Source: Diplonema japonicum (taxonomy: Eukaryota; Protista; Euglenozoa: Diplonemea). From it: a stretch of 64,000 bases of DNA. The stretch lies in assembly GCA_964019335.1 (NCBI GenBank), contig OZ025655.1, positions 558,001 through 622,000 of the forward strand. Direction: 5' to 3'. Both the position numbers and the translations under genes were made by a program. The notes below the pieces were generated by a model. The model was not told where the DNA came from. It searched no databases and worked only from the letters and a program-made list of their open reading frames with translations. Shown piece by piece: positions 21,835 through 35,900 of the stretch; position 1 is the first letter of the stretch; every line of letters starts with the position of its first letter.

Positions 21835-24800
21835 TCAGTCGGTTGTTCCGTCTGCTTTGACCACCTTGCTGACAACAGGGGTGTACACGTGGCCACCCTT
21901 CCTTCGCAGCATGGCAATCTCACTCTTAAGAGCGTCAATTTCGCGCTGTAATGTTTGCTGGGAGTGTCTCTGTTACATACCTGCTGCATGACCACGAGGT
22001 CCTTGAGGTTCGACCTATCTGTGGACGTGGCTATCCGTGAGCCGCCTGCCATGCGTGTAAGGATCTTGTTCTGAGACACGTTGAGCTGCTCTTCTAGGCG
22101 TTGTTGCTCTTGCCGGAGGTCAGCTAGTTGCTTAAGAAGTTGGGAGTTTTTAGAGATAGTCTGCTGTTGTTGCTCCTTAAGCTTCTTCAGCGCTTGCACT
22201 TGCACACGAATGGCCTTTTCCCACGTTATTTCTTCTTTCCGCAGCCGCTCCTTCAGCTCTTCGGTCTGCCTGTCAACAGAGACGTCTTCTAAGGATTCCA
22301 GATCCACCTTTTGCCCGAACTTCAGCAGTTGTACTTCGTACACTTTCTGCTCCCATTCCTTCACGTAAGCTTCTGTGGCTCGCTTTTCTTTCATCAGTTG
22401 ACAGTGTGTCCTCTTCAGCTCGTTGTGCTCCTTGTTCAAAACCTTCTTGTCCGTCTGCAGCTGTACAATACGATTGCACAGGTCGCGCATGCCTCCGTTC
22501 GTGAAGACAACAAGGTTCTCATGGTCTGAAGGCACTTGCTGGCTTTCGTTCAGAGCTTGTATCTGTGACAGCTTCAAGACGATTGAGGTCTCCAGCTGGT
22601 TCAGCTTTTGCTGTTTCTCTGTTTGGAATGACTGGATCTCGTTCTCAACCTGGCCCAGTTTGGTGTTAGTTGCCTCCTCACGCTTCGTTAGTGCATCGTT
22701 CTCCTTACGGAGTTGCTCTATCGACTTTTGAAAGTCTGTCACCACCTCTTCCTGATCTAGGCGCTTCTCGCGCATCTGCAACACCTCCTCATACGTGCTC
22801 TCATCACAGCCTTCAGGACACACGTCTTCCTCATCGTCGTTGTTCTCTTCCTCCTCATCTGACTCCCAGTCGTCGTCACTGGACTCTTCTTCTTCCTCTT
22901 CTCCTTCCCCTTTCAGAGTCTTTCGTTTCACTTTTTTTCTGAAGATTTTCATCAATTGGTCTCTCATCCCTTGCGGCAAACCGGAGAGAAGCTGAAGCAT
23001 GTCGTTCATATACGTCTTCTCCCGCTCCAGCAAGAGCTCGATCTCCTTCATTTTCTCGTTGAGCCGCACCTGGCACTGGTTCGTTTTCTGAGTTACCTCA
23101 AGTTTCTCGTTTCTATGGCCCTCTAGTTTCTTTGTAAGTGCCTCGTCCCGTTTTTTGAACTCTTTAAGCAACACAAGCTCCCTGTAGAGCAGTAGGATCC
23201 TCATGTCGGCCATTTTGAGGTCACCTTCGAGCTTGAACTTCTCCCTCCGGAGCTCTTCTAGCGCTTCGTCAAATGTTGCGATGGTTTTGTTGATTTTACG
23301 GCGCAGTTTATCCTTCTCGAAAATGAGTTGGTATCGCTTGATGGATTCTTCTTCCTGTTCAAGTGCAGACTTGGGGAGCTTTTCGAGTTTCGTCTTCAGC
23401 TCTAAGTTAAGCCGCATCTCAGCTGTGATGGTGTGCGACTCGCGTCTGGTGTGCGTTCGCAGTGATGCCTTCCGCGCCTGCACCGTCTTGTCAGTCTCGT
23501 CGGTTTCGTCTTCTTCGTCGTTATCATCACCACCTAAGTCACCCCCAAACCCCGCCTTTGCCTTAGCATCCTTCTCTGCCTTCCGCCGCGCTTTTGCCCT
23601 TTCCTTCTCGTACTGCTGCAAAGCATCCCGGCTGCACGGATTCTGCCGCATCTTGTCAGGCATTTCAAAGTCCTCCATTTTGTATAAATCAGTCTTCTCA
23701 TCGACTTTCAGCTTCTTATTAATCTCATCTATCTTCTTCATGTCGCGGTTGATGTTCACTATAAGGCGCTCCTTCAAGTCCCGCATCGCCAGGAACCTCT
23801 CGTTGAAGTCAAGGCGCAGGGTGTTGATTGACTCCTCCAAGAGAATCAGCTGCCGTTCTTTCCTCTCCGCGGTGACTCGTTCTGTTTCCTTAACAATGTA
23901 GTTGGGGTCTGTTTTCAGCTTTTTGTCACCCATGCCACTCTCAGCCTTTTTAATAGCTTGCTCGTCCTTAGGGTCTTCTTGGTCAGCGAGCGGCCTCTTC
24001 GAAAGGAGTTCGTCGTACAACGCCTTGCGTTCTGTGCGTTGCCGCTTTCGCTCTTCTGCCTTCTCAAGCTGTGACTTCACGTGGGTCTTTTCTTCTTTCT
24101 TCGACTTCTTGGTTGAGTTCAGTGCCAGAACTTCACCAGTATCTGCAGAGACGGCTGGCTCGCTGGTGTCGGGTACATCGACAGTGGGTGCTGACAAAGC
24201 GCTGCCCGGGACAGGCTCGGGTTGCACGTTAGGCTCTTGCTGCTCAGATACCGGAGATGCAAGATCGGGGGACGTACCAGGGTCCTGATGCATCTGGTTC
24301 CTTCGTTGGTTCTCATTCAAGATCAGGTCGTGCACTAACTGAATCTTCCTTTTCTGTTCGGAAGTGAGCTCAGGTGTCCTAAATGACGACACGCACCTGT
24401 AGGACGTTTGAATGATCATCGGTTGCATACTTCTCAGAGGCGAAGGCGTTTAACACAATTCTGTCGACCTTCAGGCAGCTTACGTAAGTCACCTCAAGTT
24501 TCTTCCGTGCAATCGCTGACTTGGCTGATTCCCATGCCCACTTGTTCGACACCTATGCGGAGTGCTGTGTGACGTGACTCATACCTCGTTGATGAGCCGC
24601 TCGTTTTCCTTGTGCAGCAGCTGTGTGATCTCAGGGTCCAGTTCTAGCTCGTCGTTATTGATCTTCCTCCCAGGCAGTGCATTTGCATTGGAATTCACGA
24701 TAGCTTGGTACTCGAGCTGCAAGTTCTTGACCTTTTCGCTGTGTTAATTTTCAGATATGGATGCCTACTTCTCAACATACTTCAGCGTTAGTTTTTTGAG

Positions 24801-27353
24801 CTGGGCGGCTTCATGTGCCCTGTCTTTGTCCTCTTTGTCCTGTTGAAGAGATAAAATTGGTACTAAACATACCTTGGTCTGCTGGATGGACAGAGCATCG
24901 TAAGAAGAGATGTCAGGTATCTCCTTGGTAGGTTGTGCCCATCCGTTGACGTCGACGGTTGCTGAAGGGGGTGGCTCTGCTGCATCGGGTATGCCTTTCA
25001 GCTGTTGGTGTGTGCATTTCCTTTTTTCTTGTTCAGTTCATGTGTACCTGGTGGGACAGGAATGACCCGTCCTCGCCGACAGTCAGCAGGATCGACTCGT
25101 CGAAGGACATTGCCATGCCGTGGATCATGCCAGGTAAGCAAGCACCGCTCTGCCGGATCTCCGACCTCCCGTCATGCGCCAGGTTCAAGTGCCAGACCTT
25201 CTTCAGAGGCGACGTGTTCTTGCCTAGCACGTCCCTCAAGATCACAGTCCCGCTGTTACAACCCATCATCAGGTATGTTCCCATCGGTGACAGCTTCATT
25301 CTGCAAACAGTAAACTATCACTACATATCATACCTCCGCACAACTGTGTTCAGGTGTGACACATTCATCAACGGGTCCTCGGGTGTGACCTCAATGCCTT
25401 CATGCGGCCACGACACGCCAGTGTAAGTGTAAGCAGACTCGATATGCTGTGGTTACGGTGCAATGAAAGACAATGGTATACCTGCATGGCGATGACAAGA
25501 TTGTTGCCCTGCTTGACGGGCAACCGCAGAATGGAGTTGACTGCGAGGGGGTCCATCGAGGTGTGGACCACCTCCATTGTCTCCTCCTCTTCCTCTTCGT
25601 CCTCATCCTCATCAGGGTCGTCTTCAATGTTGCGTTGCTTAACAGCCTTCTCAGGGGGTTTAGGGCGCTGCAGGTACTCCAGTTTCTCGTATGTGCACTC
25701 GAAGACGAAGGTGATATTCGGGTCGATGGAGTCGGGGTCGGGGCGCAGCACTGCAAACACTTCGCCGTTCTCCAGCCCTGCAATGAGCTTGGTCCCTTCC
25801 CAGTACACGCAGTTTGCGGTGCTGGGCAGAGAAGACTCGCCGACTGGCACCCACTTCGACGTGATGTCCTTTATTTCAAAGAAAAAAACCTTTCCATCGG
25901 TGCTTACCGTAGCCATCCACGTGTGGTCACTGTTGAATGCCATGTCGCAGATGGCCGTGGTATGCGGTTTCCACGCTGAGACAAGGCTGAAGCCCACTGA
26001 GGTTTTCTTGAGGATGCGCACGACCCCGTTCTCAAAGGCAGCGACGATGAGGGACCCTGTTTTGTCGACCGACAGCGGCACCCAGTGCAGACAGGCCAGC
26101 CCGGCCGAAAAGGCCCTGTGGTACAGCTCCTGCTTTTTGACGAAAGACCACATCCTCATCGTTCCGTCCCTCCCGCCTGTGACACAACAATAGTCTGTTG
26201 GAGATGCCTCGATGCAAGTGATGGCTCCGGCGTGCATCTGAAGCAGCTTATCAGAAGTGGACGCGATTGGAATCTCTGAATAGATAGTGCTCATGTTAAG
26301 GATGGGGGTCCGCCAGTAAGCACCGTTGGAGTCTTGGATAATCCAGTTCTCAGTCCCCTTGGCGACTGAACGTATGCAGCAGTTGTCGCCAACTTTGATG
26401 CTTTTGATGCATTGTATCTGGCAGCCTTCCATGTCTTCAGATGAGTCGGCCATGTCGATGTCGGAGAAGCGCCAGTACTTCATGTAACCATCGTTGCCGG
26501 CGGTCATGAATGCACGAGTGGTCTCACCTGCGGCGTTGGTTTCTTCGAGGAGTTCAACGGCCTCGACGGGACCATCGTGGCAGGGCGCGCCACCTAGGAG
26601 GCGAATGTCGATTTTGAGTAGGTTTGCTTCCCACATGAGAAGCGTGCCGTCTTGTGAGCCGCTGAGGACTTTGCCGTCGGGGAGCTCAGCGTAGCCGACT
26701 ATGTCCTGAATGTCGACTTTGCCGAATTTTCCGATAGCTCCCTGTAATTTGAGCCCGGTGAAGGTCTGCGCCATTTCCCAGAATTTAATATGTCCGTTCC
26801 CGCTGGTGGTGAGGAAGCCGTCGTCGTAGGGGTTGAACGTCACACGGAAGACCTCGCTTCCCCACGCCTTGAAGCGAAGGATCACCGTTTCCTGTTCCCA
26901 GTTCCACACAGTTAACATGTAGTCGTCCTCGCCTCCTACTGTGGCGAGCTTGTCACCTTTACTGTTGTAGTTCGCTGTCGTGTAGTAATTTTCTGTCCCG
27001 GCCTTGAGGGTCTTCACGACATTGCGTCCTGCGTAGGAATAGACGTACACCTTGGGTTTGGTCCCGGCTGGCGATTGGCTTCCGACTTTCTCGGCAACTG
27101 CAAAGTACTCTTTTGAAGGGTGTACACATATCGCACCGATGCCACCCCCGTCAATGCCAAGCACCCACTCTACCTTCTTCGTGGTTAAATCGATGATTTG
27201 TACCAGGTTCCCGCATGCGGTTAGAATCGTGTTGTCGTCGATGAGGTGTGTGTTCCACAGCCGTGTGAAGTCGCAGCTGAATGTGTTTAGAATCCCCCCC
27301 ACGTACTCTTCGTTGGGGAAGGCTGGCTCTTCTTCCTTCTTTTTCGGCGGCAT
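21835..27353 (-). CDS. CFAP44: Cilia- and flagella-associated protein 44 (WD40 + coiled coil, ~1,742 aa)
   Basis: GHIKFWEMAQTFTGLKLQGAIGKFG, LKTDPNYIV, QLLKFGQKVDLE, C-terminus EIAMLRRKGGHV. Eight introns: 25447-25481, 25301-25333, 25002-25047, 24840-24872, 24739-24780, 24553-24584, 24397-24430, 21946-21980. Confidence 0.92.
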
Positions 27354-27590
27354 TTCCCCCTTTTTTTTCTTCTTTTACAAAAAAAAAGTTATCGACTTTC
27401 TTCAAGCAGACATCTATTCTTTTTTTTTAATTTGCCTCCTCACTACCTGTGTGGGCATGACGTTTCTTTAAAAGTCCGCTATACGGAAGAACAAAAAATT
27501 TTAAACAAAAACTCTATCTTTTTTTTTTTTCTTCTTCTTCTTCCAAATGGGATAAAAAGTTTTTTTTTCTCTCTCCCTCTCCCCACTCCT

Positions 27591-28903
27591 TCACCTGACG
27601 AGGGTTTGACGGGGCAGCTTGCTCTTCCTCTCCATGATGCGCTCCAGTTCTTGCTTGACAAGACATCTTTTCGAAATGGGTTCTGTTTTGGGCGCTTCTT
27701 GCTTCCGTCGTTTCCGCAGCTGGGAGTGAGTAGGGGTGACCAAGGAAAGCGCAGGGACCTCCTTCGGTTCTTTCCAGACCGCATCAACGTTCGCAATTTC
27801 ATTATGGAGCTTAAGAGCTTGCCGGAGAAACGTACTGTTCTTGGGGTTCATCTCGAGACCTTCGAACAGCGCCTTTTGAGTAGGATTACGTAGGAGAAGG
27901 ATTCTTATTCACACATACCTTCAACGTTTTAGGCAAGGTGAGTGCGTACACCGCAACGAGGATATCGTTAAGGCATTGTTCCAAGGGGTACACTTGTGAC
28001 TCTGGTTTTTTTTGTCCCCACCCTTCCTCACGGTTCAAAAAAATACATACCACCATTTTTTTCGTCCTTCTGCTCGCCTTGCACGATCCTGCTGTCGGCC
28101 AAACATGCCTCCGGGTCGAAATCTATGCCGACGGCAGCCAACCTCAACGGCAACAGAACATCTTCCACAACACCCTTTGAACACGGGTCACGATGAACGA
28201 AGTTCTTCAAAGGCCATTTTCGGACAACAGGCGGCGACGGCGGTGCTGTGTACATTGAGAATGAAGACTCCTGCCGTGGCAGGACCTCATTGGTTTCAAT
28301 CACCTCATATTTACGTTTTAAACTGGTAGGAGTGGTTATAGAGTCTTGGGACAGGCAAGGACGTGTCCACAAGGGCAGCATGGAGTCCCCTGTGTCGTGC
28401 TCGGGGTCGAAGAGAGAATGGTCTTCGTTGAGCTCGTTGGCTTCAAGAGCACTGCTGCTCCCGGGTGATGCGTTCTCACCTTCGTAAGATCCTTTAAACA
28501 GATCGTGGAGGTGGGAGGGTTCTGGGAATATAACCGGCCCCAAGCTGAAGTATGTACCGCAGATTTCGCTGAAAAGCTTCATGTTAATGATCTGAAACAG
28601 TTCCCTCTTCCGTGTTTCGTAGGATTTGTCGTCATTGCAGGAGTTGTTCGAGATGTAGCTCAGTAGCCCATCCCCTCGATATGTTTTCATCTTCCCGATG
28701 AACCATTTTCTCGTTAAGTTCCCGGCTTCTTGCGGCCGGTGTCGCATTTCGGGTCCCACGTCGGCCCACAGTGTCTCGAACACTTTTTGCAGCGATCCTT
28801 TTACCACCCAGCAGCTTCCGTCTGCCGTCTCTGCTTTGAACCTTCCGATGAAGAGTTTCACCTCATCTTTTAAACCACCAGATTGGGTGCTGTTTTGAGA
28901 CAT
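27591..28903 (-). CDS. Hypothetical protein (405 aa)
   Basis: ORFs 28028..28975 and 27591..27851 join in frame through introns 28002-28050 and 27873-27918 with an 83-nt middle exon. Confidence 0.7.
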
Positions 28904-29289
28904 CTTCAAAACAAACAACCCACCTCTTCTCCCTCCCACCTCTTCCCTCCTGTTTTCGTGATTTTTTGAAGACAACCCGAATGTATGTGGGGGAGGATTA
29001 CAATAAGAATAAGAAAGAACATGAACTTTGTTAAAAAAAAAGGGGGATGGAGGGGGGGAGGGACATAGGGCAAAGACAGGTGGATTGGGGGGGGTTTTTT
29101 TTTGTTTCCTTTTTGAAACCGGAAAAGAAGGGGAAAAGTAAAAGGAGCATGCATGCGCGTTTTAGAGACTTGGGGAGAAAATAAGAAAAGCTATGTCACA
29201 GCTTCTTTTTTTTTTTTTTTTTGTAAGGGACGCTACTAAATACCCCCTTTTTTTCCCCCCTCTTCCTAATCGTTTTATGTGACTAACGA

Positions 29290-29317
29290 GTGTGAGTGTG
29301 TGTGTGTGTGTGTGTGT
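29290..29317. repeat. (GT)n/(CA)n microsatellite
   Basis: gtgtgagtgtgtgtgtgtgtgtgtgtgt. Confidence 0.9.
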
Positions 29318-29954
29318 TGCTTATTTTTCCTTTTCTTTCCTTCAGAAAGCGGAAAAGAAGCAAGATAATCCTTTTTTAAAAAAAGAGGGGGACCTGTACG
29401 GGCTGTCTTGTTCTCTTTCAAAGAAACCCTTGTTGTGCACCTATCCCCCCCCCACTCTCTCCAATGTGGGTAAAACCGACACCGAACCATTGCATTAAAG
29501 AGTGGAAAAAAAAACCCCCTACAAAGAAAAAATGACACTATGGTGAGGGGAGAAGTATTAGCAACAACCCACCAACATGTCTTGAGGGGGGAGGGTGATA
29601 TTGAACTAATTCTTAACCAATGCTTAAGGAGAAGTAAGGTGCCTCCCATTCCTCCTATCACTTTGCTGGAAAAATTTCAGAAAAACAAAAAGCTAACAAC
29701 TGTGAGGTGTCCACTCCATTGCCTTCCTGTGCACAGTTCCCTCACGCTGACTCAAAAAAAAAAAAAAAAAAAAAAAAAAAAAGCGGGGTGGCAACAAAAA
29801 GCAAAACATTCGAGACGGGGGAAAACGGACCATAAACCGATTTGCTTTTTTTTTTTTTCTTCTCGCTGTACCCATCTAAGAAAAGGAGAGGAGAAAAAAA
29901 AAAAATACTCCAAAACCTAATGTACAAACTACACTAAATTGTCCCGGCCTGTTA

Positions 29955-32747
29955 TCAGTCCAGAGATGGCTGTCTAAAGGCTTTGTTCCACGTGATGTTA
30001 GTAGCGGTGGTAGAGTCACGATGGGGGGCCGTTGTGGACTCGGAATCTTGCACGCAGAACGACATTTGGAAGTCGATGAAGGTGATCTCGCCATCCGCGT
30101 CATAGTCCAGCCTGGAGTGGAAGGCTTCTAGCTGTGACTTTGAGAGCGGCCAGATCTGGATCTCGACAGACCTGTCCCCACGGCGTTTCATGCTTTTCTT
30201 GACAGCCTCCTCATCTATGCCGAACAGCCTAGCTACGTACATTTCTGACTCGTGAGCTCCAAGCCTGTACACCACCTGCTTCCTGAAGTCTTTAGCCAGC
30301 CCGTACAAGTTCTTGTTCTGTGCGTTCATGTGCCCCTCCCCTGAGAGGCTCATCTTCGCGATCACTGCTCGTAAGTCATCCACACTTATGGTCCCCCGCT
30401 TCTCCCTGTCCAGCAGTCTGAACGCGCTGTTGTGTGACATCCGCCTGAGGTACTTTTTGAACCTCTGCATCAGCCACAGGTCCCACATGATGTGCTGTTT
30501 CGTGTCGATCTCCCACACCATGCCCGTCCAGTTCTTCACGCACGTCATGTACCCCACGTCGTGATGCCGTTCGAACAGCTCCAGCCATTTATCCTTGCTG
30601 CAGTACCCTGTGCTGTCGGGGTCCATTGCACTGTACAGCATGAACACGATGTCCTTGTTCAGCAGCGTGCCCAGCTTGTTTGTCACAAGTTCGAAGAACT
30701 CAGTGTAGTACAAATGATCTTTGGTGCACATGTCGTCAAACAGCGTGCTCAGCTTGTTCTTGTTCTGGCTGCCCAACCACTTGACAAGATGCGGCAGCCA
30801 CTCATGGAAGCGCTGCTGCAGGAATGGGATGTCGTACCTGCGGAGGAACTTCGCAAACGGGATGCGCTGCGTGTCGGGGTTCGCGGCCGCTAGGTACCGC
30901 CTCATGAAGAACCACGGGAGGTCTTCCACACCCACCAAGCTCGAAAGGATGTCGCGCCACTCACTCTTCCACACGGTGCCGCGGTCTGTGGTGTCGGTCT
31001 CGCAGAACGACGCCATAAGCATGTGCCTGTTCTGAAAAATCTTTTCTCGAAGCTGCCTCAGAACGTCCTTCTCAGCACTAACCCATTTCGTGAGTGTCCT
31101 GGCGAGAGCCGACGAATCATTAGAAGGGGTGTTGTAGCTGGGCGACAACAGATTGGGCCCCGAGGGGGACACAGGTAAAGGAGGCAGCAAACTGTTAGAG
31201 AGGGGCTCGTAGACCTTCCAAGTGTCGTAGATGATAGACATCTTGGAGTTGCGCATCATCATAATGGCGACAGCGCCGTGGTTGGCATCGATGCCGGAAT
31301 AGTTGCTGGCCGAGAAAACTGTAGTGATGAGGTCGTCGTGCAGCCGCTCGTAGCCTGCGTGTGGCACGTGGTGAGCCCTGATTACAAGGCTCAACTTGTT
31401 GTTTTTTGTGAATCTTTTCGTCAGTGGCAGCCGCCACTTACACCCCGCATCGCGTGTGGCGTTGTGTTCATAGTCCGGCATGCCCTCCTCGTACGGCTCG
31501 AGGTCCGGATCCGACCACAACAAGTCAAGGAAGATTTGCTCCTGCTTGTTCTTCGGTTGTGAAGGGATCTCCTGGAATCTGTTGATGCTGTTGATCTCGT
31601 CAATGAGGATGTCGTACCTCGGCAGCCCACCGTGAACAATTAGGTATGCACTGTCCACCAGTGCACACAGAGGAAGCGAGTTGAAGACTTCAAGCATCAA
31701 TTTATACACGGATTCCGAGTACTTGGCCAGTACCTCCTGGTGACACCCGTAGTGGTCCGTGCAGGCTTGGCTTTCGTGGTTTCCTCTGTTCAAAAAAACA
31801 CAGCCTGGGAAAGCGAGGAACATGGCAAGGACGCAGCATAGCACCTCGCAGCTGTTGCAGCCTCTGTCGACGAGATCGCCATTGAAGATGTAGATGAGCT
31901 TTTCTGAAGGGAGGCCCCTGTCGTCGATGATCCTGTTGAAGTCCTGCAGCTGGCCGTGCAGGTCGCCTATCACAACGCAAACAGTGCCATCCACAGGGGT
32001 CACAACCTGTACGTTTGGGATCTCTGATAGTTTGTACCGTGAGATGGTGAGCAGTTTCTTCACGTAGGTGATGGGCAGCCTTTTGTGAGCGATGAGCTCT
32101 CTCAGAGATTTGATGTGGTCGACTTTTTCGTCATACGGGAGGTAGGAGAGACCTTCGTCAGGGTACTGCAGCAAGTCGTCCCCGTTCATGGTTTGCTTGG
32201 TGTCCTGCACCAGAATGGACATACGTTTTGCAGGGCCGTCTGGAACTAGAAGGTTGTTTGTTGTGGACTTGAAGAGCCCCCGCTCATCGTATTTGTCCAT
32301 CTTGAGCCAGATGATCCGGAAAATGAGAGCACACCACTCACGAGTGACCCGTATGCCGCGAACGAATTTCTGTAATCGTTGAACAGCATCGAGTTCGGTT
32401 GTAGGCGGGCTCCTGCGTTTTAAGGAGCTCTCGTAGCTTCCCGGGCAGTACTGAGGGTTCAGCAGCCGTTTTATCACTACGCTTCCGCACCTTTCGCATT
32501 CTGCCGGGTGGCATGATTTTAAATGGTTGTCGAAGTCGCTCAACGCAAACTCCAAACCGCATTTGAAGCACCGTGACTTTCTCATCTTGTCGCAGCCTTG
32601 TTTGTGTTCGGTCCAGCCCTCCACGGCTATCCTCTGATGGCACCATGCGTTGGGGCAGATGTAGAAGTTGGGTGCCTTTGGTGTCAATGATTGCTTCCCC
32701 TTTGTGCTCTCCTTCTTGCTCTTAGTGTCGGATTGACAGCAACCCAT
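29955..32747 (-). CDS. PPEF: PPEF/RdgC-type Ser/Thr phosphatase, N-acylated, Cys/His-rich N-terminus, EF-hands
   Basis: MGCCQS myristoylation/palmitoylation motif, zinc-knuckle-like C/H clusters, IQ-like LQKFVRG, PPP motifs GDLHGQ, GDLVDRG, RGNHE, SASNY, and EF-hand loops (DYDADGEITFID). Confidence 0.9.
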   Translation of the reverse strand: MGCCQSDTKSKKESTKGKQSLTPKAPNFYICPNAWCHQRIAVEGWTEHKQGCDKMRKSRCFKCGLEFALSDFDNHLKSCHPAECERCGSVVIKRLLNPQYCPGSYESSLKRRSPPTTELDAVQRLQKFVRGIRVTREWCALIFRIIWLKMDKYDERGLFKSTTNNLLVPDGPAKRMSILVQDTKQTMNGDDLLQYPDEGLSYLPYDEKVDHIKSLRELIAHKRLPITYVKKLLTISRYKLSEIPNVQVVTPVDGTVCVVIGDLHGQLQDFNRIIDDRGLPSEKLIYIFNGDLVDRGCNSCEVLCCVLAMFLAFPGCVFLNRGNHESQACTDHYGCHQEVLAKYSESVYKLMLEVFNSLPLCALVDSAYLIVHGGLPRYDILIDEINSINRFQEIPSQPKNKQEQIFLDLLWSDPDLEPYEEGMPDYEHNATRDAGCKWRLPLTKRFTKNNKLSLVIRAHHVPHAGYERLHDDLITTVFSASNYSGIDANHGAVAIMMMRNSKMSIIYDTWKVYEPLSNSLLPPLPVSPSGPNLLSPSYNTPSNDSSALARTLTKWVSAEKDVLRQLREKIFQNRHMLMASFCETDTTDRGTVWKSEWRDILSSLVGVEDLPWFFMRRYLAAANPDTQRIPFAKFLRRYDIPFLQQRFHEWLPHLVKWLGSQNKNKLSTLFDDMCTKDHLYYTEFFELVTNKLGTLLNKDIVFMLYSAMDPDSTGYCSKDKWLELFERHHDVGYMTCVKNWTGMVWEIDTKQHIMWDLWLMQRFKKYLRRMSHNSAFRLLDREKRGTISVDDLRAVIAKMSLSGEGHMNAQNKNLYGLAKDFRKQVVYRLGAHESEMYVARLFGIDEEAVKKSMKRRGDRSVEIQIWPLSKSQLEAFHSRLDYDADGEITFIDFQMSFCVQDSESTTAPHRDSTTATNITWNKAFRQPSLD

Positions 32748-32991
32748 TGTATCATTTAAGGTGTTGTTGCCTTTTTCAAAAAAAATAATTATGTACAACA
32801 AGAAAAACAAAATAGTGTTCCGTGATTCTTTTAGGTTATAAACATATGGAAAGGGAGGGGGGGGGGGGGGTGAAAACGGATATTCTCTCGTCATGGAAAT
32901 GGCGAGTTTTTTTTTTTTAAAGAAGAGAATACTGAAGAATCAACACGATCGAGTTTAAAAAGAAAAAATCTAAAACTTTTTTTTACTGCCC

Positions 32992-35900
32992 TCACCAAGG
33001 CCGTGTGGAGAGCATAACATCGTGGCCGCTGAAGGCTGCTGGAATGCTAACGGTAGCGATGAGCTTCACAAGAGAGAAGTTCGTGTAAAGTTGGAACGAG
33101 GGAAGCGACGCCTCACCATGCTGCATGGTCTGGCAGGAAAGGTAGAGAACAGGGAGCTTGGTGCAGTACGTTGAGGTCGTGAGCTCCAGTTGGTGGGTGT
33201 TGGCGTTCCACGCCGCACCCTTGGCGTAGATTCCTGTAACGTGGATCGCTGCCTCGTAGTTGATCTTTCTTGTGTCAATTTCCTTTGGGATTATGTTTAA
33301 CACTAACCGAAGCTCGGAGCAAGGGATCCCTTTGCTGAGACTGTACTCGTTGACCTCAGCGTCGAAGACTGCCCTGGGGTTGACAAAGGATTCCAGGTTC
33401 ACAATCGAAGGGTTCATCCCCTCGACAGACCATGCTGTGAAGAACCTGTGCCCCTCCCGAAGCGAGACGAACCATTGCCATAGTGACGCTGGTTGGAACT
33501 GGTAGTTGCAGCAGTAGTCCTCGTTGTTCACATTGCCGTTCCCCTTGTCCGTCATCACCCTCGCACACCGCATCCATTTCTCAGGCACCTCCCTCTCCAG
33601 TACGCTCAAACACGTCTGCACAATAGCCTCGTCAAACGGCACCTTTTTCCTCACCGCCAACGCCACCCTGTCGACGTCCTTGTTGATCGTATCGATGATT
33701 TTGTTATGCGCAGCTAGTTCTCCCTTGTTAGGTAGTTTCATTCCTCCTTTCTACATACCTTCAGAAGTGAGTACAACACCTTCAACACTGGGTTCGTTGC
33801 TTCCGGCAGCCACTCGAAGGCGTTCTCGACGTCAAAGACACCTGGTACCATGCGGGTGATGTCGTCGATCAACACGCGGAGATCCTTATCATGTTCGTGG
33901 CACACGAGGCTGACCCTGCTACGCGGGAGGGCTTTGGGTATCTCCTTGAATAACTGGGGGAGGGGGGTGATAAAAAACAATCTACCGAGCGGGACATACC
34001 TTCAGTCCAGTTGCCCGGTTGTGTTGTGCGACTGATGTCTCGGAGTAGCAGAGAATCTCGTAGTTCTGAGTTCATGTTTTCCTTTTCCGAATTGGTGTGC
34101 ATACTGTAGTTTCGCCCTTGGGCAGCCCTTCGGCATACTTGCACATCACGTGCTGTATGTTACCGACGAAGCAGTTCCCGTAGCTGTACTGGTCACCCTC
34201 GCAGCCTGCATGGATCGTCATTTCTGCTAGATCCTTGAGGATAGCGATGTCGCAGGATGAGGAGAGCCTAGCACCATAGATGGTGTTGCTAGTGAGGTGC
34301 CTGATGATAGGGTACGTGACAAGAGATGCATGGGTGTTCATGAGGAAGAGCACAAAGGAACGCACGCTTTCCATCAAATCAGTTGAGCTGAAGTGCGACT
34401 CGACAGATTCCGCCAGCCACCCATGCTCCTGCCTCTCCACCACAAGGCTGTGGAAGATGATGAGGCACGGCAGCACCCTTGCTAGGATTTGCAGCTTGAC
34501 AGGGTTCGCAATCTTCGACGTTGACGATGGCTGTTCGAAATACTCTCGAAGCATCTCAACACCGTGTCGTATCTCGTTCCCCAGACCTGTCGTTTTACTG
34601 ATACCTACTTTTTGGCACTTCTCGATCAATGTCGTGGGCAGCCCGAAGAACGACTGGGTCTGTATCACCAATTTGAAGTTCTTATGAGGGGTACCGTAGT
34701 CAGACAGCGTCTCCACCACATAATCCAACTCCCTAGCAAACTCGTCGGAGACCATCAAGTCAGAGATCACGATCCACCCCCCATCGTTCACAGCATCCGC
34801 GATGAGTGACTTCGCCATCGCCTTCTGCGAATGGGCAGCACCCACGAAGTACGTCTTCCGCACCATGGACACAGGGTTTCCTTCCTCGTCCTCCACCTGG
34901 TACCCAGCTACCACTTTCTTTACAATTGATATGAACCATAGTCTCTCAGCAATTACCATCAGAGGCACGAAGGGTGTCGTTGCCTCTAGCCTTTGCACCA
35001 GCTCCTTCTCGGGGCAGTGTACCTGCGAAGGGATATCCACCCCCAGCCCCCCGTCTTCACTACTGATGACTCTCTGCAAGCAATCCTGGAGGCGGTCTGC
35101 TCGCAGCGTCTTGCACACGTTCATTCGTTCGAATGGAGATAGCTGATGATGCCAGTCAGGCTCCTCCCATGGGCAGTACTCCTTGCTTGAGTACCAATCT
35201 CGGTACTGCTTCCAACTTGAGCTGCTCATTTTCTCCAACAAATCATCGTTGATGCTGTTGATTGAGGCCAACGTGTCGATGTACATCCAAGAAGTATGGG
35301 GGTTGGTTAACGCGGAGGATGCAAGATCTTTGCGGTGGGGCCCCATGTGGAGCATCTGGTGCTGGGGGTCAGGGCAGTCGCGAACGAAGATCATGATCCA
35401 CGCGAGCTGGATGTGGTGCTTCATGAGGCTTGCCGACATGGCGATCTTGTGGTAGAAGTGCTTCAGGATGGCGGCAGGGTCGTCGGTTGTGTGCAAGAGA
35501 AACCGGAGCTCGTCTTCGAAAAACTTAATGGAGAACTTTGAGGTAGGGAACAGCTTGGTGAAAACAAGCATCGAGAAGATCATCAAGACTACCTTCGAGG
35601 CTATCTGGTTACTGCTGATGACGTCTTCGGGTGTAGGAGATATCTCAGGCGTCTGCAACTCGAGCTTTGAGATCTCGGTGATGCTGTCATCAGCTGTTTT
35701 GAGGAGGTCAGGAAGTTCGGCGTCCTTCTTAGCAGCAGGCATGCCAGCCCCACTGGCCACTGCAGAGAGGGAAAGCTCAGCGTCGCGCAGAGTGGTACTG
35801 AGGTTCTTAATAGCGTCGCAGTAGGGAGCGGGGTATTTGTGCGCGATGACGATGGAAGCGAAGGTTGCCTTCAGCTTCTCTTCGTCCAGTTCGAAGGACA